From assembly GCA_963761335.1 (NCBI GenBank), contig CAVXGR010000018.1, forward strand, positions 192,001 to 256,000: DNA of 64,000 nucleotides, given 5' to 3'. Of this stretch, positions 39,461-49,381 are shown piece after piece. The stretch is from an uncultured delta proteobacterium (lineage in GTDB: Bacteria > Desulfobacterota > Binatia > HRBIN30 > BPIQ01). The notes under the pieces are model-generated. The model was not told the DNA's origin and searched no databases. It saw only the letters and a list, made by a program, of their open reading frames with translations. Made by a program: the position numbers and the translations under genes. How positions within the stretch are numbered: the stretch's first letter is position 1; each line of letters opens with the position of its first letter.

Positions 39461-40929
39461 TCATCGCGGCTCTTCTCGCCGTGCCGCTCTGCACCGCTGC
39501 CGGCGCCTACTTCACCGCACGCGACACCGTCCGGCGTGCGCTGCTGGCGCTCGCCGCCGTTCTCCACGCGGGGCTGACGGCGGCGAGCTGGATCTGGCAG
39601 GGCGGGGCGCTCCTGGGAGGGTGGCTGTTCCTCGACGCCCCCGGGCGCCTCTTTCTCAGCATCACCAGCGCTCTGTTTCTCGCCGTCGCCTTCTACGGCG
39701 TCGGCTATCTCCAGCGGGAGAATCCCGGGGCGCGGCCCGACTTCGAGGAAGGGTTGCTCTTCAGCAACGAGCGCGAGGCCACCTTCACGGCGTGCCTGCT
39801 GCTCTTTCTCGCGGCGATGACGCTGGTGTGCGTGAGCCAGAGATTCGGTCTGCTCTGGGTGGCGATCGAGGCGACGACGCTGGCGAGCGCGCCGCTGATC
39901 TATTTTCACCGGCATCATCGCTCGCTCGAGGCCACCTGGAAGTATCTGCTGATCTGCTCCGTGGGCATTGCCCTGGCGCTGCTCGGCAACTTCTTTCTCG
40001 CCGTCGCCGCGTCCGATAGCAGTGGCACCGCGGTTCCGCTCGTGCTCGGCGACCTGCTGCGCCAGGCGCCGCATCTGCACGTCCCCTGGCTGCGAGCCGC
40101 GTTCCTGCTCTTCCTCGTCGGCTACGGCACGAAGATGGGGCTGGCGCCGTTGCACACGTGGCTGCCGGACGCCCACAGCGAAGCGCCGTCGCTGGTCTCG
40201 GCTCTGCTTTCGGGAGCGCTGCTGAACTGCGCCTTCCTCGGCATCCTGCGCCTGCAGCAGGTCTGTGCGGCGGCGGGGCAGGGGGCGTTCTGTCAGGAGT
40301 TGCTGGTCGGCTTCGGCCTTCTCTCGATCGCCGTCGCTGCCCTGTTCATCGCCGGGCAGCAGGACTACAAGCGCGTGCTCGCCTACTCGAGCGTCGAGCA
40401 CATGGGCATCCTGGCGCTCGGTGTGGGTATCGGCGGTGCCGCCACCTTCGGCGCCATGCTGCACGCGCTGAACCATTCGCTCACCAAGGCCATGATGTTC
40501 CTGATCTCCGGCAACATCCTGGCCGCCTATCGCTCGAAATCGACCGCGGAGGTACGCGGCGTCATCCGCGCGCTGCCGGCCTCGGGGGTGCTCTGGGTGG
40601 CGGGCTTTCTCGCCATCACCGGCTCTCCGCCCTTCGGCCTGTTCCTCAGCGAGCTGATCATCTTGAAGGCGGCCCTGGATCAGGGGCGCGCCGCCGTGTC
40701 GGTCGTCTACCTGGCGTCGCTCGCCGTCGTCTTCATGGGCATGGCGACGGCAGTGCTGCGCATGGCCCAGGGAGAGCCTCTGGAAACCTCGGTGGCCACC
40801 TCGCGCCGCGAGCCCGTTCTGGCGATCATGCCACCAGCCGTGCTGGCGGCATGCGTCCTGCTCCTCGGCCTCTATCTGCCGCCGCCCCTCCGCGCCGCGC
40901 TCGAGGCGGCGGCGCGCGCCTTCGGATGA
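39457..40929 (+). CDS. HyfF-like proton-conducting membrane subunit
   Basis: WVAIEATTL, SLEATWKY, GYGTKMGLAPLHTWLPDAHSEAP, LAYSSVEHMG. Confidence 0.9.
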   Translation: MIIAALLAVPLCTAAGAYFTARDTVRRALLALAAVLHAGLTAASWIWQGGALLGGWLFLDAPGRLFLSITSALFLAVAFYGVGYLQRENPGARPDFEEGLLFSNEREATFTACLLLFLAAMTLVCVSQRFGLLWVAIEATTLASAPLIYFHRHHRSLEATWKYLLICSVGIALALLGNFFLAVAASDSSGTAVPLVLGDLLRQAPHLHVPWLRAAFLLFLVGYGTKMGLAPLHTWLPDAHSEAPSLVSALLSGALLNCAFLGILRLQQVCAAAGQGAFCQELLVGFGLLSIAVAALFIAGQQDYKRVLAYSSVEHMGILALGVGIGGAATFGAMLHALNHSLTKAMMFLISGNILAAYRSKSTAEVRGVIRALPASGVLWVAGFLAITGSPPFGLFLSELIILKAALDQGRAAVSVVYLASLAVVFMGMATAVLRMAQGEPLETSVATSRREPVLAIMPPAVLAACVLLLGLYLPPPLRAALEAAARAFG

Positions 40930-42452
40930 GCCGCATGTTCCGCGAGATGTCGCCGCCCGTGCGAAATGGAGAGGCGATCTCCGTCGCCGCGGTGCCCGTG
41001 CTGGGCAGCGCCGCCTTCCGTGATGCGATCCTCGGCAGCATCGACTCCGGAGGCCGCATTGCCGCCTTCTTCGCGAGCCCGCTGCCCGGCGGCGCGGCCC
41101 GGCTCACGGTCGCCATCGCCCACCAGGAAGCCGGAGCGCTGTCTCTCTGCGCGACCGACGTGCGCGGCTCTTATCCGGCTTTGACGCCGGACTGCCCGCA
41201 GGCGCACGGCTTCGAGCGCGAGATCGCCGAGCAGTGGGCGGTGCGCCCGGAGGGACATCCGTGGCTCAAGCCGCTGCGCTTCCACGCGCCGTATCTGGCG
41301 CGGGAAGCGGGCTCGCGCCGGTCCTCTCCGATCGTTCCCGGCGCCGCCGACTTCTTCCGTGTCAGCGGAGACGCGGTGCACGAGGTCGCGGTCGGCCCGG
41401 TGCACGCCGGCGTCATCGAGCCGGGCCATTTCCGCTTCCAGTGTCACGGCGAGGAGGTGCTGCATCTCGAGATCTCCCTCGGCTACCAGCACCGCGGCGC
41501 CGAGCGCGCCCTGGGGGACGGGCCGAGCAAGCGTTCGCTTCACTATGCGGAGACGGTGGCGGGGGACACCTCGATCGGACACGCTCTGGCATATTGCGAG
41601 GCGTTGGAGGGGCTCTCCGCCTGTCGCGTCCCGGCGCGTGCCCAGGCGCTCCGCGGCGTGGCGCTGGAGCTCGAGCGTCTCGCCAACCACACCGGCGATC
41701 TCGGCGCCCTCGCCGGTGATGTCGGCTATCTGCCGACGGCGGCGTACTGCGGCCGCATTCGCGGCGACTTCCTGAACATGACCGCTCTCCTCTGCGGCAG
41801 CCGCTTCGGTCGCGGGCTCGTCCGCCCCGGCGGCGTCGGCTTCGACATCGATGCCGAGGGCGGCGCCGACCTCTCCAGGCGCTTGCAGGCGGCGCTGCGC
41901 GACGTCACCGAGGCGGTGGATCTGCTGTGGGAGACACCCTCGGTGGCGGCGCGATTCGAGCAGGTCGGATCGATCTCGCGTGCCGACTGCGAGGCGCTCG
42001 GCATGGTCGGTCCGGCGGCACGTGCCTGTGGCGTCGAGCGCGACGTGCGCCAGGAGTTTCCCTCGGGGATATTCCGCTTCGCGCAGATACCCAGCGTCAC
42101 CTGGAACAGTGGCGACGTGTTCGCGCGCGCCCAGGTCCGCTGGCTGGAGATCCAGCGCTCCGCTGCCTTCATCGGCGAGCAGATCGAGGCGCTTCCCGAC
42201 GGTCCGACCCGCAGCGAACCCGGACCCCTGGATCGCGACTCGATCGTCGTCTCGCTGGTCGAGGGCTGGAGAGGCGAGATCTGTCACGTCGCCGTCACCA
42301 ACGCCGCCGGGCGGTTCGCGCGCTACAAGATCGTCGACCCCTCGTTCCACAACTGGACGGGGCTGGCGATGGCGCTGCGGGGGCAGCAGATCTCCGACTT
42401 CCCGCTGTGCAACAAGAGCTTCAATCTGTCCTATTGCGGGCACGACCTCTGA
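40926..42452 (+). CDS. HyfG-like NuoC/NuoD-fusion large subunit lacking NiFe ligands (Ehr type)
   Basis: FEREIAEQ, VGPVHAGVIEPGHFRF, ELERLANH, EGWRGE, DPSFHNW. No CxxC motifs: AETVAGDT and SFNLSYCGHDL instead. Confidence 0.9.
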   Translation: MSRMFREMSPPVRNGEAISVAAVPVLGSAAFRDAILGSIDSGGRIAAFFASPLPGGAARLTVAIAHQEAGALSLCATDVRGSYPALTPDCPQAHGFEREIAEQWAVRPEGHPWLKPLRFHAPYLAREAGSRRSSPIVPGAADFFRVSGDAVHEVAVGPVHAGVIEPGHFRFQCHGEEVLHLEISLGYQHRGAERALGDGPSKRSLHYAETVAGDTSIGHALAYCEALEGLSACRVPARAQALRGVALELERLANHTGDLGALAGDVGYLPTAAYCGRIRGDFLNMTALLCGSRFGRGLVRPGGVGFDIDAEGGADLSRRLQAALRDVTEAVDLLWETPSVAARFEQVGSISRADCEALGMVGPAARACGVERDVRQEFPSGIFRFAQIPSVTWNSGDVFARAQVRWLEIQRSAAFIGEQIEALPDGPTRSEPGPLDRDSIVVSLVEGWRGEICHVAVTNAAGRFARYKIVDPSFHNWTGLAMALRGQQISDFPLCNKSFNLSYCGHDL

Positions 42453-42459
42453 GGTGCCG

Positions 42460-43233
42460 ATGCTGAACCTTCTGACTGCCCGGCTGCGACAAGGACACCG
42501 CACGGCCGCCTTCCCGGTGGACGACCCGCCGCTGCCGGACAGGTTTCGCGGCCAGCCGGTTGTGGACTCGGCCAGATGTGCCGACGGCTGTGCCGCCTGC
42601 ATCGCGGCGTGCCCGGTGGACGCCATCGACAGGGTCGGAGAGCGCCTTCAGCTCGATCTCGGCCGCTGCCTCTTCTGCGTCGAGTGCATCGAGGCGTGTC
42701 CCGAAGGAGCGATTCGGTACAGCCGCGATCACCGTCTGGCGGCACGGGTTCGGGAAGACCTGCTGGTGTCGGACGGCAGGGCGGTGCGGCTTGCCAGGGC
42801 GTTGGACGAGAAGGCCCTGCGCCTCTTCGGCCGCTCCCTGAAGCTGCGTCAGGTCAGTGCCGGCGGTTGCAACGCCTGCGAAGCCGACGTCAACGTGCTC
42901 AGCTCCGTGGTTTTCGACCTCGGCCGCTTCGGCATCCAGTTCGTCGCCTCGCCGCGTCATGCCGACGGCTTGCTGATCACCGGTCCGGTGACGGAGAACA
43001 TGCGCGGCGCACTGGTGAAGACGTACGAGGCGGTTCCCGCACCCAAGCTGGTGATCGCCGTCGGCGCTTGCGCCATCTCGGGCGGCCCCTACGTCGACCA
43101 CCCCGAGGTGCACAACGGCAGCGACGCGGTGCTCCCCGTCGACCTGTACGTCCCCGGCTGCCCGCCTCACCCGTTCACCATTCTCGACGGCCTGTTGCGA
43201 CTACTCGGTCGAATCGAGGCGGAGAGCTCGTAG
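42460..43233 (+). CDS. Ferredoxin (HyfH-like) + NuoB/HyfI-like small subunit fusion
   Basis: CADGCAACIAACP, CLFCVECIEACP, GGCNACE, SPRHAD, GACAISGG, PGCPP. Confidence 0.9.
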   Translation: MLNLLTARLRQGHRTAAFPVDDPPLPDRFRGQPVVDSARCADGCAACIAACPVDAIDRVGERLQLDLGRCLFCVECIEACPEGAIRYSRDHRLAARVREDLLVSDGRAVRLARALDEKALRLFGRSLKLRQVSAGGCNACEADVNVLSSVVFDLGRFGIQFVASPRHADGLLITGPVTENMRGALVKTYEAVPAPKLVIAVGACAISGGPYVDHPEVHNGSDAVLPVDLYVPGCPPHPFTILDGLLRLLGRIEAESS

Positions 43234-43319
43234 GTTTTCCCGGGTGGTGGCGCACAGGCCGCCTCCCATCCGCGAGGTTCCGCCTTGTCCGCGGCGGCCG
43301 TCGCGGCTATGCATTCGCG

Positions 43320-44333
43320 ATGTCCTCTTCCGTGTTTGCCAACCTGCTCGATCTGGCGCGGCTGCCGTGGTTCGAGGCGCGCGACGGCCGCCTGGTGGTC
43401 TCCGATCCGTCGGTCGGGCCGGTGATCGACATGCACTCGCACATTGCGCTTGCCTATCTGCTTCCCATGCGCGTCGACCTGTACCGCGCCACGGGCAGCA
43501 CGGAGCACTATCTTCCGTCCTGCTGCAGCATCGACTTCGACGTCTATCAGAACAAGAACTTCACGCCCGAGGCCCTGCGCGCCCTCAAGCGCGACCTGAC
43601 ACTCGGCAGTCTCCGCCGCGGCGGCATGCGGGCGACGCACACGGTGCCCAATCTGGTGCGCGAGATGGACGAGCTCGGAATCGTGCGCTCGGTTCTCCTG
43701 CCGATCGAGCTCCCCTACATATCGAGGAATGCCGAGCACGCTCTCGAGGCGGCGCGGCGCCAGGCGAAGATCATCTCGTTCGGCTCGGTGCACCCGATCG
43801 TCGATCGCGTCGGCGTGCGCCTCGACGAGCAGGCGCACGCCGGCGCGCGCGGTGTCAAGGTGCACCCGGCGGTGCAGCTCATCGCTCCCGACCACCCCCG
43901 CGCCATGGCGCTCTACCGCCACTGCGCCGACCGCAACCTGCCGGTGCTGCTCCACTGCGGTCCGGTGGGCATCGAGCTGCAGTCCGGACGGCGCCGCACC
44001 CAGGTCGCCCTCTACGAGAAGCCGATCGCCGAGCAGCCGCGCACGCGTTTCGTGCTCGGGCATTCCGGGGCGTTGCAGATGGAGCAGGCGCTCGATCTCG
44101 CCTGCCGCTATCCCAACGTGTGGCTCGAGCTCTCGGGGCAGTCGCTCGCCAATGTCAGCACCATACTCGACCGGGCCGATCCCAACCGAGTCGTCTACGG
44201 CAGCGACTGGCCCTTCTACCACCAGGCGCTCGGCATCGCCAAGGTGCTCCTGGCGACCGCCGGCCGCGAGCACCTGCGCTCCAAAGTGCTCTACCAGAAC
44301 GCCGCCAGGCTGCTCGGGCTGTCGATCGACTAG
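43320..44333 (+). CDS. Amidohydrolase family 2 (TIM barrel) protein
   Basis: IDMHSH, GVKVHP, LLHCG, LGHSG, YGSDWP. Confidence 0.85.
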   Translation: MSSSVFANLLDLARLPWFEARDGRLVVSDPSVGPVIDMHSHIALAYLLPMRVDLYRATGSTEHYLPSCCSIDFDVYQNKNFTPEALRALKRDLTLGSLRRGGMRATHTVPNLVREMDELGIVRSVLLPIELPYISRNAEHALEAARRQAKIISFGSVHPIVDRVGVRLDEQAHAGARGVKVHPAVQLIAPDHPRAMALYRHCADRNLPVLLHCGPVGIELQSGRRRTQVALYEKPIAEQPRTRFVLGHSGALQMEQALDLACRYPNVWLELSGQSLANVSTILDRADPNRVVYGSDWPFYHQALGIAKVLLATAGREHLRSKVLYQNAARLLGLSID

Positions 44334-45172
44334 CTCTTCGCCACGCAGCGGTTGGTCATGGTGCCGATTCCCTCGATCGTCGTGGTGATGGTGTCGCCCG
44401 GCTTCAGGAAGGTGGCGCTGGCGGCGCCGACGCCCGCCGGCGTTCCGGTGAAGATCAGGTCGCCCGGCTCGAGCGTGCAGATTGCCGATACGTAGGCGAT
44501 CAGCTGGGGAACGGTGAAGATCAGGTCGCTGGTGCGCGCCTCTTGGCGGCGCTTCCCGTTGACGTCGCAGGTGATGGCCAGATCGTTCGGGTCCGGGATC
44601 TGGTCGACCGAGACGATCGCCGGCCCGATCGGGCCGTAGGTGTCGTACGACTTGGCGAGATCGAAGTGCGGCGGCTTGGCGGCGAACTGCAACATGCGCT
44701 CGGAGACGTCCTGGCCGCAGGTGACGCCGGCGACGGCCTTCCACGCCTCTGCCTCCGGGATGTCGCGGCCGCTCCTGCCGATGACGACCACGAGCTCGGC
44801 TTCCCAGTCGGTGGTCGGTCCGTAGACGATCACGTCTCCGGTCGGGCCGGTGAGGCAGCTGGGAAACTTGGTGAACACCAGCGGCACCTGGGGAATCTCC
44901 AGGCCCGACTCGGCCGCGTGCGAGCGGTAGTTGAGGCCGATGGCGAAGATCTTGCGCGGCCGCGGCACGCAGGGGCCGAGCACGGCGCCGTCGAGCGCGG
45001 CATCCGGCGCGCCGCGCAGCGCCGCCGCCAGCTCGTGCAGCGCCGCGTGATTGCTGATCGCCTCCATGGGGTCGGAGGTGAAGCGGCCGCCGCTGTGGCG
45101 CTCCAGGTCGTAGATGCCGTCGGCGGTCAACAGAACCGCGCGGCCGTGGGTGACGCCAAGGCGGAAAGCCAT
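44330..45172 (-). CDS. Fumarylacetoacetate hydrolase family protein
   Basis: IGLNYRSHAAE, DWEAEL, DVSER, KSYDTYGPIGP, PGDLIFTGTPAGVG. Confidence 0.93.
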   Translation of the reverse strand: MAFRLGVTHGRAVLLTADGIYDLERHSGGRFTSDPMEAISNHAALHELAAALRGAPDAALDGAVLGPCVPRPRKIFAIGLNYRSHAAESGLEIPQVPLVFTKFPSCLTGPTGDVIVYGPTTDWEAELVVVIGRSGRDIPEAEAWKAVAGVTCGQDVSERMLQFAAKPPHFDLAKSYDTYGPIGPAIVSVDQIPDPNDLAITCDVNGKRRQEARTSDLIFTVPQLIAYVSAICTLEPGDLIFTGTPAGVGAASATFLKPGDTITTTIEGIGTMTNRCVAKS

Positions 45173-45324
45173 CTCGTATCTCCTTCCTGTCGTGTGGGTG
45201 CCGGCAGGGGTTTATCGCATGCGGGCGCCGGTGCAACCACCGGGCACGGGCACGGGAAGAAGAAGCACTTGACGGCGTCGGTGGTGTCTCAATTTGATTC
45301 GCCTGCCATGCGCGGCGAGCGGCA

Positions 45325-45468
45325 GGTTCCCTCTCCCCGCATTTCCGCGGGGAGAGGGCAGGGTGAGGGGTCCCTTTTTCCCTGAAAGGTTGTGCACGTG
45401 CGCGCCGTTCAAAGATCGGCGCCCTCACCCTGGCCCTCTTCCGCAGAGCAAATGCGGGAGAGGGAACC
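45325..45468. repeat. Composite palindromic element (CCCTCTCCC/CCCTCACCC type)
   Basis: GGTTCCCTCTCCCCGCATTT...GGGGAGAGGGCAGGGTGAGGG and CCCTCACCCTGGCCCTC...AAATGCGGGAGAGGGAACC. Confidence 0.75.
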
Positions 45469-45542
45469 ATACACGCAGCGAGTGGAAAACGCGGCGCAGG
45501 TTGCGGACGAGGAATCAAGCTGAGACATCACCACGGCGTCTT

Positions 45543-48494
45543 TCAGTCGACGCCGAGCACCTCGAGATAGATCCCGCGGATGGCGCCGGTGTGGCGGCGG
45601 TAGTCCTCGAGGAGGGCGCGGCGGGCGCTGCCGGGGCGCCGTCCGGGGGCGTATCCCAGGCGCCGGGCCAGTGCCTCGAGGTCGCCGCGCTCCTCGTCGA
45701 GATCGGAGATCGAGCGGTTCTCGACGATGCGCAGCCGGCTGGAGAGCCGCTGGAGGAAGCTCCAGCCCTCGCGTAGGGCGTGCGCCTTCTCCGCCTCGAG
45801 AAAGCCGAGGCGCTCGAGCCGCTCGAGCTGGGCGGCGACGCGCTCGACGCGCAGCAGCTCCGGGCTCTCGGCCGCGTGGGTGAGCTGCAGGTACTGCACC
45901 ACCGTCTCGACGTCGGTCAGGCCGCCGCGCCCGGTCTTGAAGTCGTGTCGCACGCGGGTCTCCTGCGCCAGCTCGCTCTCCATGCGCAGGCGGATGCGGT
46001 GCACCTGGCGCGCCAGCTGCTCCGGCCGCGGTCGCAGCAGGATTTCGCGTCGCAATGCCTCGAAGGCCGCGGCGAGCGGTGCGGCGCCGGCCACCGGCCG
46101 GGAACGCAGCAGCGCCTGGCGCTCCCAGACCTGCGCACCGGACTGATGGTAGCGCTCGAAGGCGCTGCGCGAGGTGACCAGCATCCCCTGGTTTCCGGAG
46201 GGGCGCAGGCGGGCGTCGATCTCGTAGCAGACCCCTTCGCTGGTGCGCGTCCGCAGCGCGCCGATCAGCTTCTGCGCCAGGCGGACGTAGTACTCCTGCG
46301 CCGCCAACATCTTCCCCGGGTCGGACCCTTCAGCGTCGTAGAGAAAGATCACGTCGAGGTCGCTGCCGTAGGTGAGCTCGTGACTGGCGAGCTTGCCCAT
46401 GCCGACGACGAGAAACTCGGAGCGCGGTGGTGCGGAGACGCCGTGTCGCTGCAGCTCGGCCTCGGCGAACTCGAGCGCCTTCTCGAGACAGACCTCGGCG
46501 ATCAGCGTCAGTGCCTCCTCGGCCTCGGCGACCCGGATCTTGCCGCCGAGGTCGAGGAGCCCGACGTTGAGCAGAGCGCGGTTGTGGAACAGCCGCAGCG
46601 CGTCGAGACCCAGCTCGGTTTCATCGCGGCTGCTCTCGCGCGCCAGCGCCGCGCGGATGGAGGTGTAGTCATCGATCAGCTCCTGGCGCGAGAGCAGCAG
46701 CACGTTCGGATCGCTGAAGATCGGCTCGATCAGGCGCGGATGTGTGGCGAAGTAGGTGGAGAAGTACTCGGAGGCGGCGAACAGCGCCGTCAGGCGCGGC
46801 ACCAGCTCGGGGCGATCGATGAGCAGCTCGTAGTAGAAGCGGCGGCGCCCGACGCCGTGGATGAAGCGATCGAGGTTGTTCATTGCCCGCTCCGGATCGG
46901 GGGAAGCGTCGATCTCGTGGGCGAAGTGGGCCGCCAGGTTCTCGATCATGGCGCGTGTCGGAGGGCTGGCGAGCAGCTGCGGGGCGTTCTTCGCGAAGAG
47001 CGACAGCACGCGCTCCGTGCCGCCCTCGTGGAACAGGGAGGCGAAGATCTCGCGAATGCGCTCCCGGTGCCGGCCGAGGGTCGCTTCGAAGTCCGCCGCC
47101 GCCGCCGCTGCCGGGCCGGCGAAGCCGAGGGCGCGTGCCAGACGCTCCATGCCTTGGAGATCGTCCGGCAGCCGATGTGTCTGGCGCTCCTCTTCCATCT
47201 GCAGGCGGTTCTCCGTCCGCCGCAGAAAACGATAGGCGGCGAGCAGATCGGCCGAATCCGCCCGCGGCAGAACACCCACCTGCGCCAGCGCCACCAGGGC
47301 GCTCTGTGTCGAGCGGCCGCGCACCTGGGGAATGCGGCCTCCGTGCAGCAGCTGCAATGCCTGGGCGACGAACTCGACGTCGCGAATGCCGCCGGCGCCG
47401 ATCTTCACGTCGAAGGCGGCGCCGTGCTTCTCCTTGGCACCCTCGATCTTCTCCTTCATCTCCTTGATGGCGGCCACGCCGGCGAAGTCCATCGCCGAGC
47501 GGTAGATCATCGGGTCGATGGTGCGGATGGTGCGCCAGCCGAGCCCCACGTCCCCGGCGACCGGCCGCGCCTTCATGAATGCCGCCTTCTCCCAGGTGGC
47601 GGCCCACAGCTCGTAGTAGTTCGCCAGCATGTCGCCGGAGATCACCAACGGCCCCACCTTGCCTTCGGGGCGGAGATCGAGGTCGACGCGATAGAGAAAG
47701 CCCTCCTCCGTGGTCGCCGTCACCAGGTGGCCGAGCTCGAGGCCGAGACGGGTGAAGTACTCCTGCGGCGAGAGGCCGAGCGGGCCATCGGCGAGAGCGC
47801 CGATGGCGTGTTCGCCGCGGCCGCCGAAGACGTAGATCAGGTCGACGTCGGAGGAGTAGTTGAGCTCCTCGGAGCCGAGCTTACCGAGAGCGAGGACGCA
47901 GAACGCCAGCTCGACGTCTTCGCCGGGCGCGAAGCGCCACAGGGGAGGGCCGGCGCTCTCGCGCAGGCGAGCGGCGGCGACCTCGAGGGCGCGCTCGAGG
48001 AGCGCGTCGGCGAGGTGCGAGAGCTCGCCGAGGGTCTCTCCGGCACTCTCCGGCGGCACCAGATCCGCCGACAGCTCGCGCACCGTGATGCGCGCCAGCT
48101 CGTAGTACTTGAAGCGGCGCAGCGCATCGCCCTGCTCGGCGAGGGCCACGCCCTCGACCTCGGCGGCCAGGCGCGCCCGGTATTCGCCGGAATGGCGCGG
48201 AGCGCCGAGATCGTCGCGTCCCAGGCGCGGCAGCCAGTCGGGGTGACGGGTGAGGACGCGGGCGAAGAACGGAGCCGCGCCGCAGAGACAGGTGAGAACC
48301 CGAAGCAGGTCAGCCGGCGCCTCCTCCCACGCCTGGCGCAGGGGTTTCGGCTCGGCAACGGCGGTCGCCCGCAGCAACGGGGGAGCCAGGAGAAGCACCC
48401 GCTCGGCGTCGGCGGCGCTCGCGGCTCCACGCTCGAGGGCGGCGGCGAGGCCGACCAGACCCAGATCCTCTTCGAGTTGGCGGAGCTCGTTCAC
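45543..48494 (-). CDS. glnE: Bifunctional glutamine synthetase adenylyltransferase/removase
   Basis: Two NTase domains: GKLGSEELNYSSDVDL / RVDLDLRPEG and GKLASHELTYGSDLD / EIDARLRPSG. Start uncertain. Confidence 0.95.
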   Translation of the reverse strand: MNELRQLEEDLGLVGLAAALERGAASAADAERVLLLAPPLLRATAVAEPKPLRQAWEEAPADLLRVLTCLCGAAPFFARVLTRHPDWLPRLGRDDLGAPRHSGEYRARLAAEVEGVALAEQGDALRRFKYYELARITVRELSADLVPPESAGETLGELSHLADALLERALEVAAARLRESAGPPLWRFAPGEDVELAFCVLALGKLGSEELNYSSDVDLIYVFGGRGEHAIGALADGPLGLSPQEYFTRLGLELGHLVTATTEEGFLYRVDLDLRPEGKVGPLVISGDMLANYYELWAATWEKAAFMKARPVAGDVGLGWRTIRTIDPMIYRSAMDFAGVAAIKEMKEKIEGAKEKHGAAFDVKIGAGGIRDVEFVAQALQLLHGGRIPQVRGRSTQSALVALAQVGVLPRADSADLLAAYRFLRRTENRLQMEEERQTHRLPDDLQGMERLARALGFAGPAAAAAADFEATLGRHRERIREIFASLFHEGGTERVLSLFAKNAPQLLASPPTRAMIENLAAHFAHEIDASPDPERAMNNLDRFIHGVGRRRFYYELLIDRPELVPRLTALFAASEYFSTYFATHPRLIEPIFSDPNVLLLSRQELIDDYTSIRAALARESSRDETELGLDALRLFHNRALLNVGLLDLGGKIRVAEAEEALTLIAEVCLEKALEFAEAELQRHGVSAPPRSEFLVVGMGKLASHELTYGSDLDVIFLYDAEGSDPGKMLAAQEYYVRLAQKLIGALRTRTSEGVCYEIDARLRPSGNQGMLVTSRSAFERYHQSGAQVWERQALLRSRPVAGAAPLAAAFEALRREILLRPRPEQLARQVHRIRLRMESELAQETRVRHDFKTGRGGLTDVETVVQYLQLTHAAESPELLRVERVAAQLERLERLGFLEAEKAHALREGWSFLQRLSSRLRIVENRSISDLDEERGDLEALARRLGYAPGRRPGSARRALLEDYRRHTGAIRGIYLEVLGVD

Positions 48495-48637
48495 GGGTTC
48501 GTTGTTACGGGGTGGAGGTCGTCGCCGCAAGACCGTTGCGGGGGATGGCGATCAGTGCGGCCCGGCTGGTCGCGGCCCGCCGGGTGCTCGCCGGGCTGCT
48601 CTTGACGGCGGGGCGGGAGCGGGTGACAAGGATTTTC

Positions 48638-49273
48638 ATGCCGACCGATGCCGAGGCCAAGGAGCTGATCATCCAGATCACCAACGAGCTGTTCTCGATG
48701 GGACTGCTCACCGCCACCGGCGGCAACATCAGCGCACTCACCGACGGCGGCGAATCCATGTGGATCACGCCGAGCCAGATGTACAAGGGCGGCCTCACCA
48801 TCGCCGATCTGGTCCACATCAAGCCGGACGGCAGCGTGCTCGAGGGCTCGCGTCAGCCCTCGGTGGAATATCAGATGCACGCCGCCGCCTACCGGGTGCG
48901 CCCGGAGACCACCGGCGCGGTGCACACGCACGCGCCGATCGCCACTGCCTTCGGCATCTGCAATCAGGCGTTTCCACCGATCAACACCGACGCCGTCTTC
49001 CTGCGCGACACGGTGACCGTGCCGTGGTTCATGCCCGGATCGCTGGAGCTCGCCGAGGCGGTGGCCGAGGCGCTGAAGAAGAGCCGCGGCGCCATCTTGC
49101 AGAACCACGGCTTGATGACCGTCGGCAGCAACCTGCGCAAGGCGGCGACGCGCGCCATGCTGCTCGAGGAGACGGCGAAGATCGTCCTCTACACCAAGCA
49201 GTTCGGCGGCACGGTCTCGCTTCTTCCGGACGAATGGGTGGAAAGGCTGGCGCCGCTCGCCGATTTCATCTGA
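48638..49273 (+). CDS. Class II aldolase/adducin family protein
   Basis: GGNIS, ITPS, PSVEYQMH, VHTHAP, LQNHG. Confidence 0.9.
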   Translation: MPTDAEAKELIIQITNELFSMGLLTATGGNISALTDGGESMWITPSQMYKGGLTIADLVHIKPDGSVLEGSRQPSVEYQMHAAAYRVRPETTGAVHTHAPIATAFGICNQAFPPINTDAVFLRDTVTVPWFMPGSLELAEAVAEALKKSRGAILQNHGLMTVGSNLRKAATRAMLLEETAKIVLYTKQFGGTVSLLPDEWVERLAPLADFI

Positions 49274-49339
49274 GGAGAAATGGTTGAGAAGATGGTTTTC
49301 GAGCTCTCGGGTCTGCGGGGTCCCCGCGCCCGCTTTTGG

Positions 49340-49377
49340 TCAACCCGATAACCCGTCAACCCGTCAACCCGGCAACC
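49340..49377. repeat. 8-bp tandem repeat (TCAACCCG)-like x4-5
   Basis: TCAACCCG ATAACCCG TCAACCCG TCAACCCG GCAACC directly before the 49382 start. Confidence 0.7.
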
Positions 49378-49381
49378 AATC

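Noticed and set aside
35908..43233. NiFe hydrogenase-4 / formate hydrogenlyase
   Set aside because: Both CxxC Ni-binding motifs are absent from the large subunit, and no maturation or fdh genes are present.
45780..48605. Very long opposite-strand or alternate-frame ORFs (941 aa here, also 8433-10451, 18703-21084, 43167-45518 and others)
   Set aside because: Shadow ORFs caused by high GC and codon bias. They are Arg/Ala/Gly-rich, have no motifs and overlap well-supported genes.
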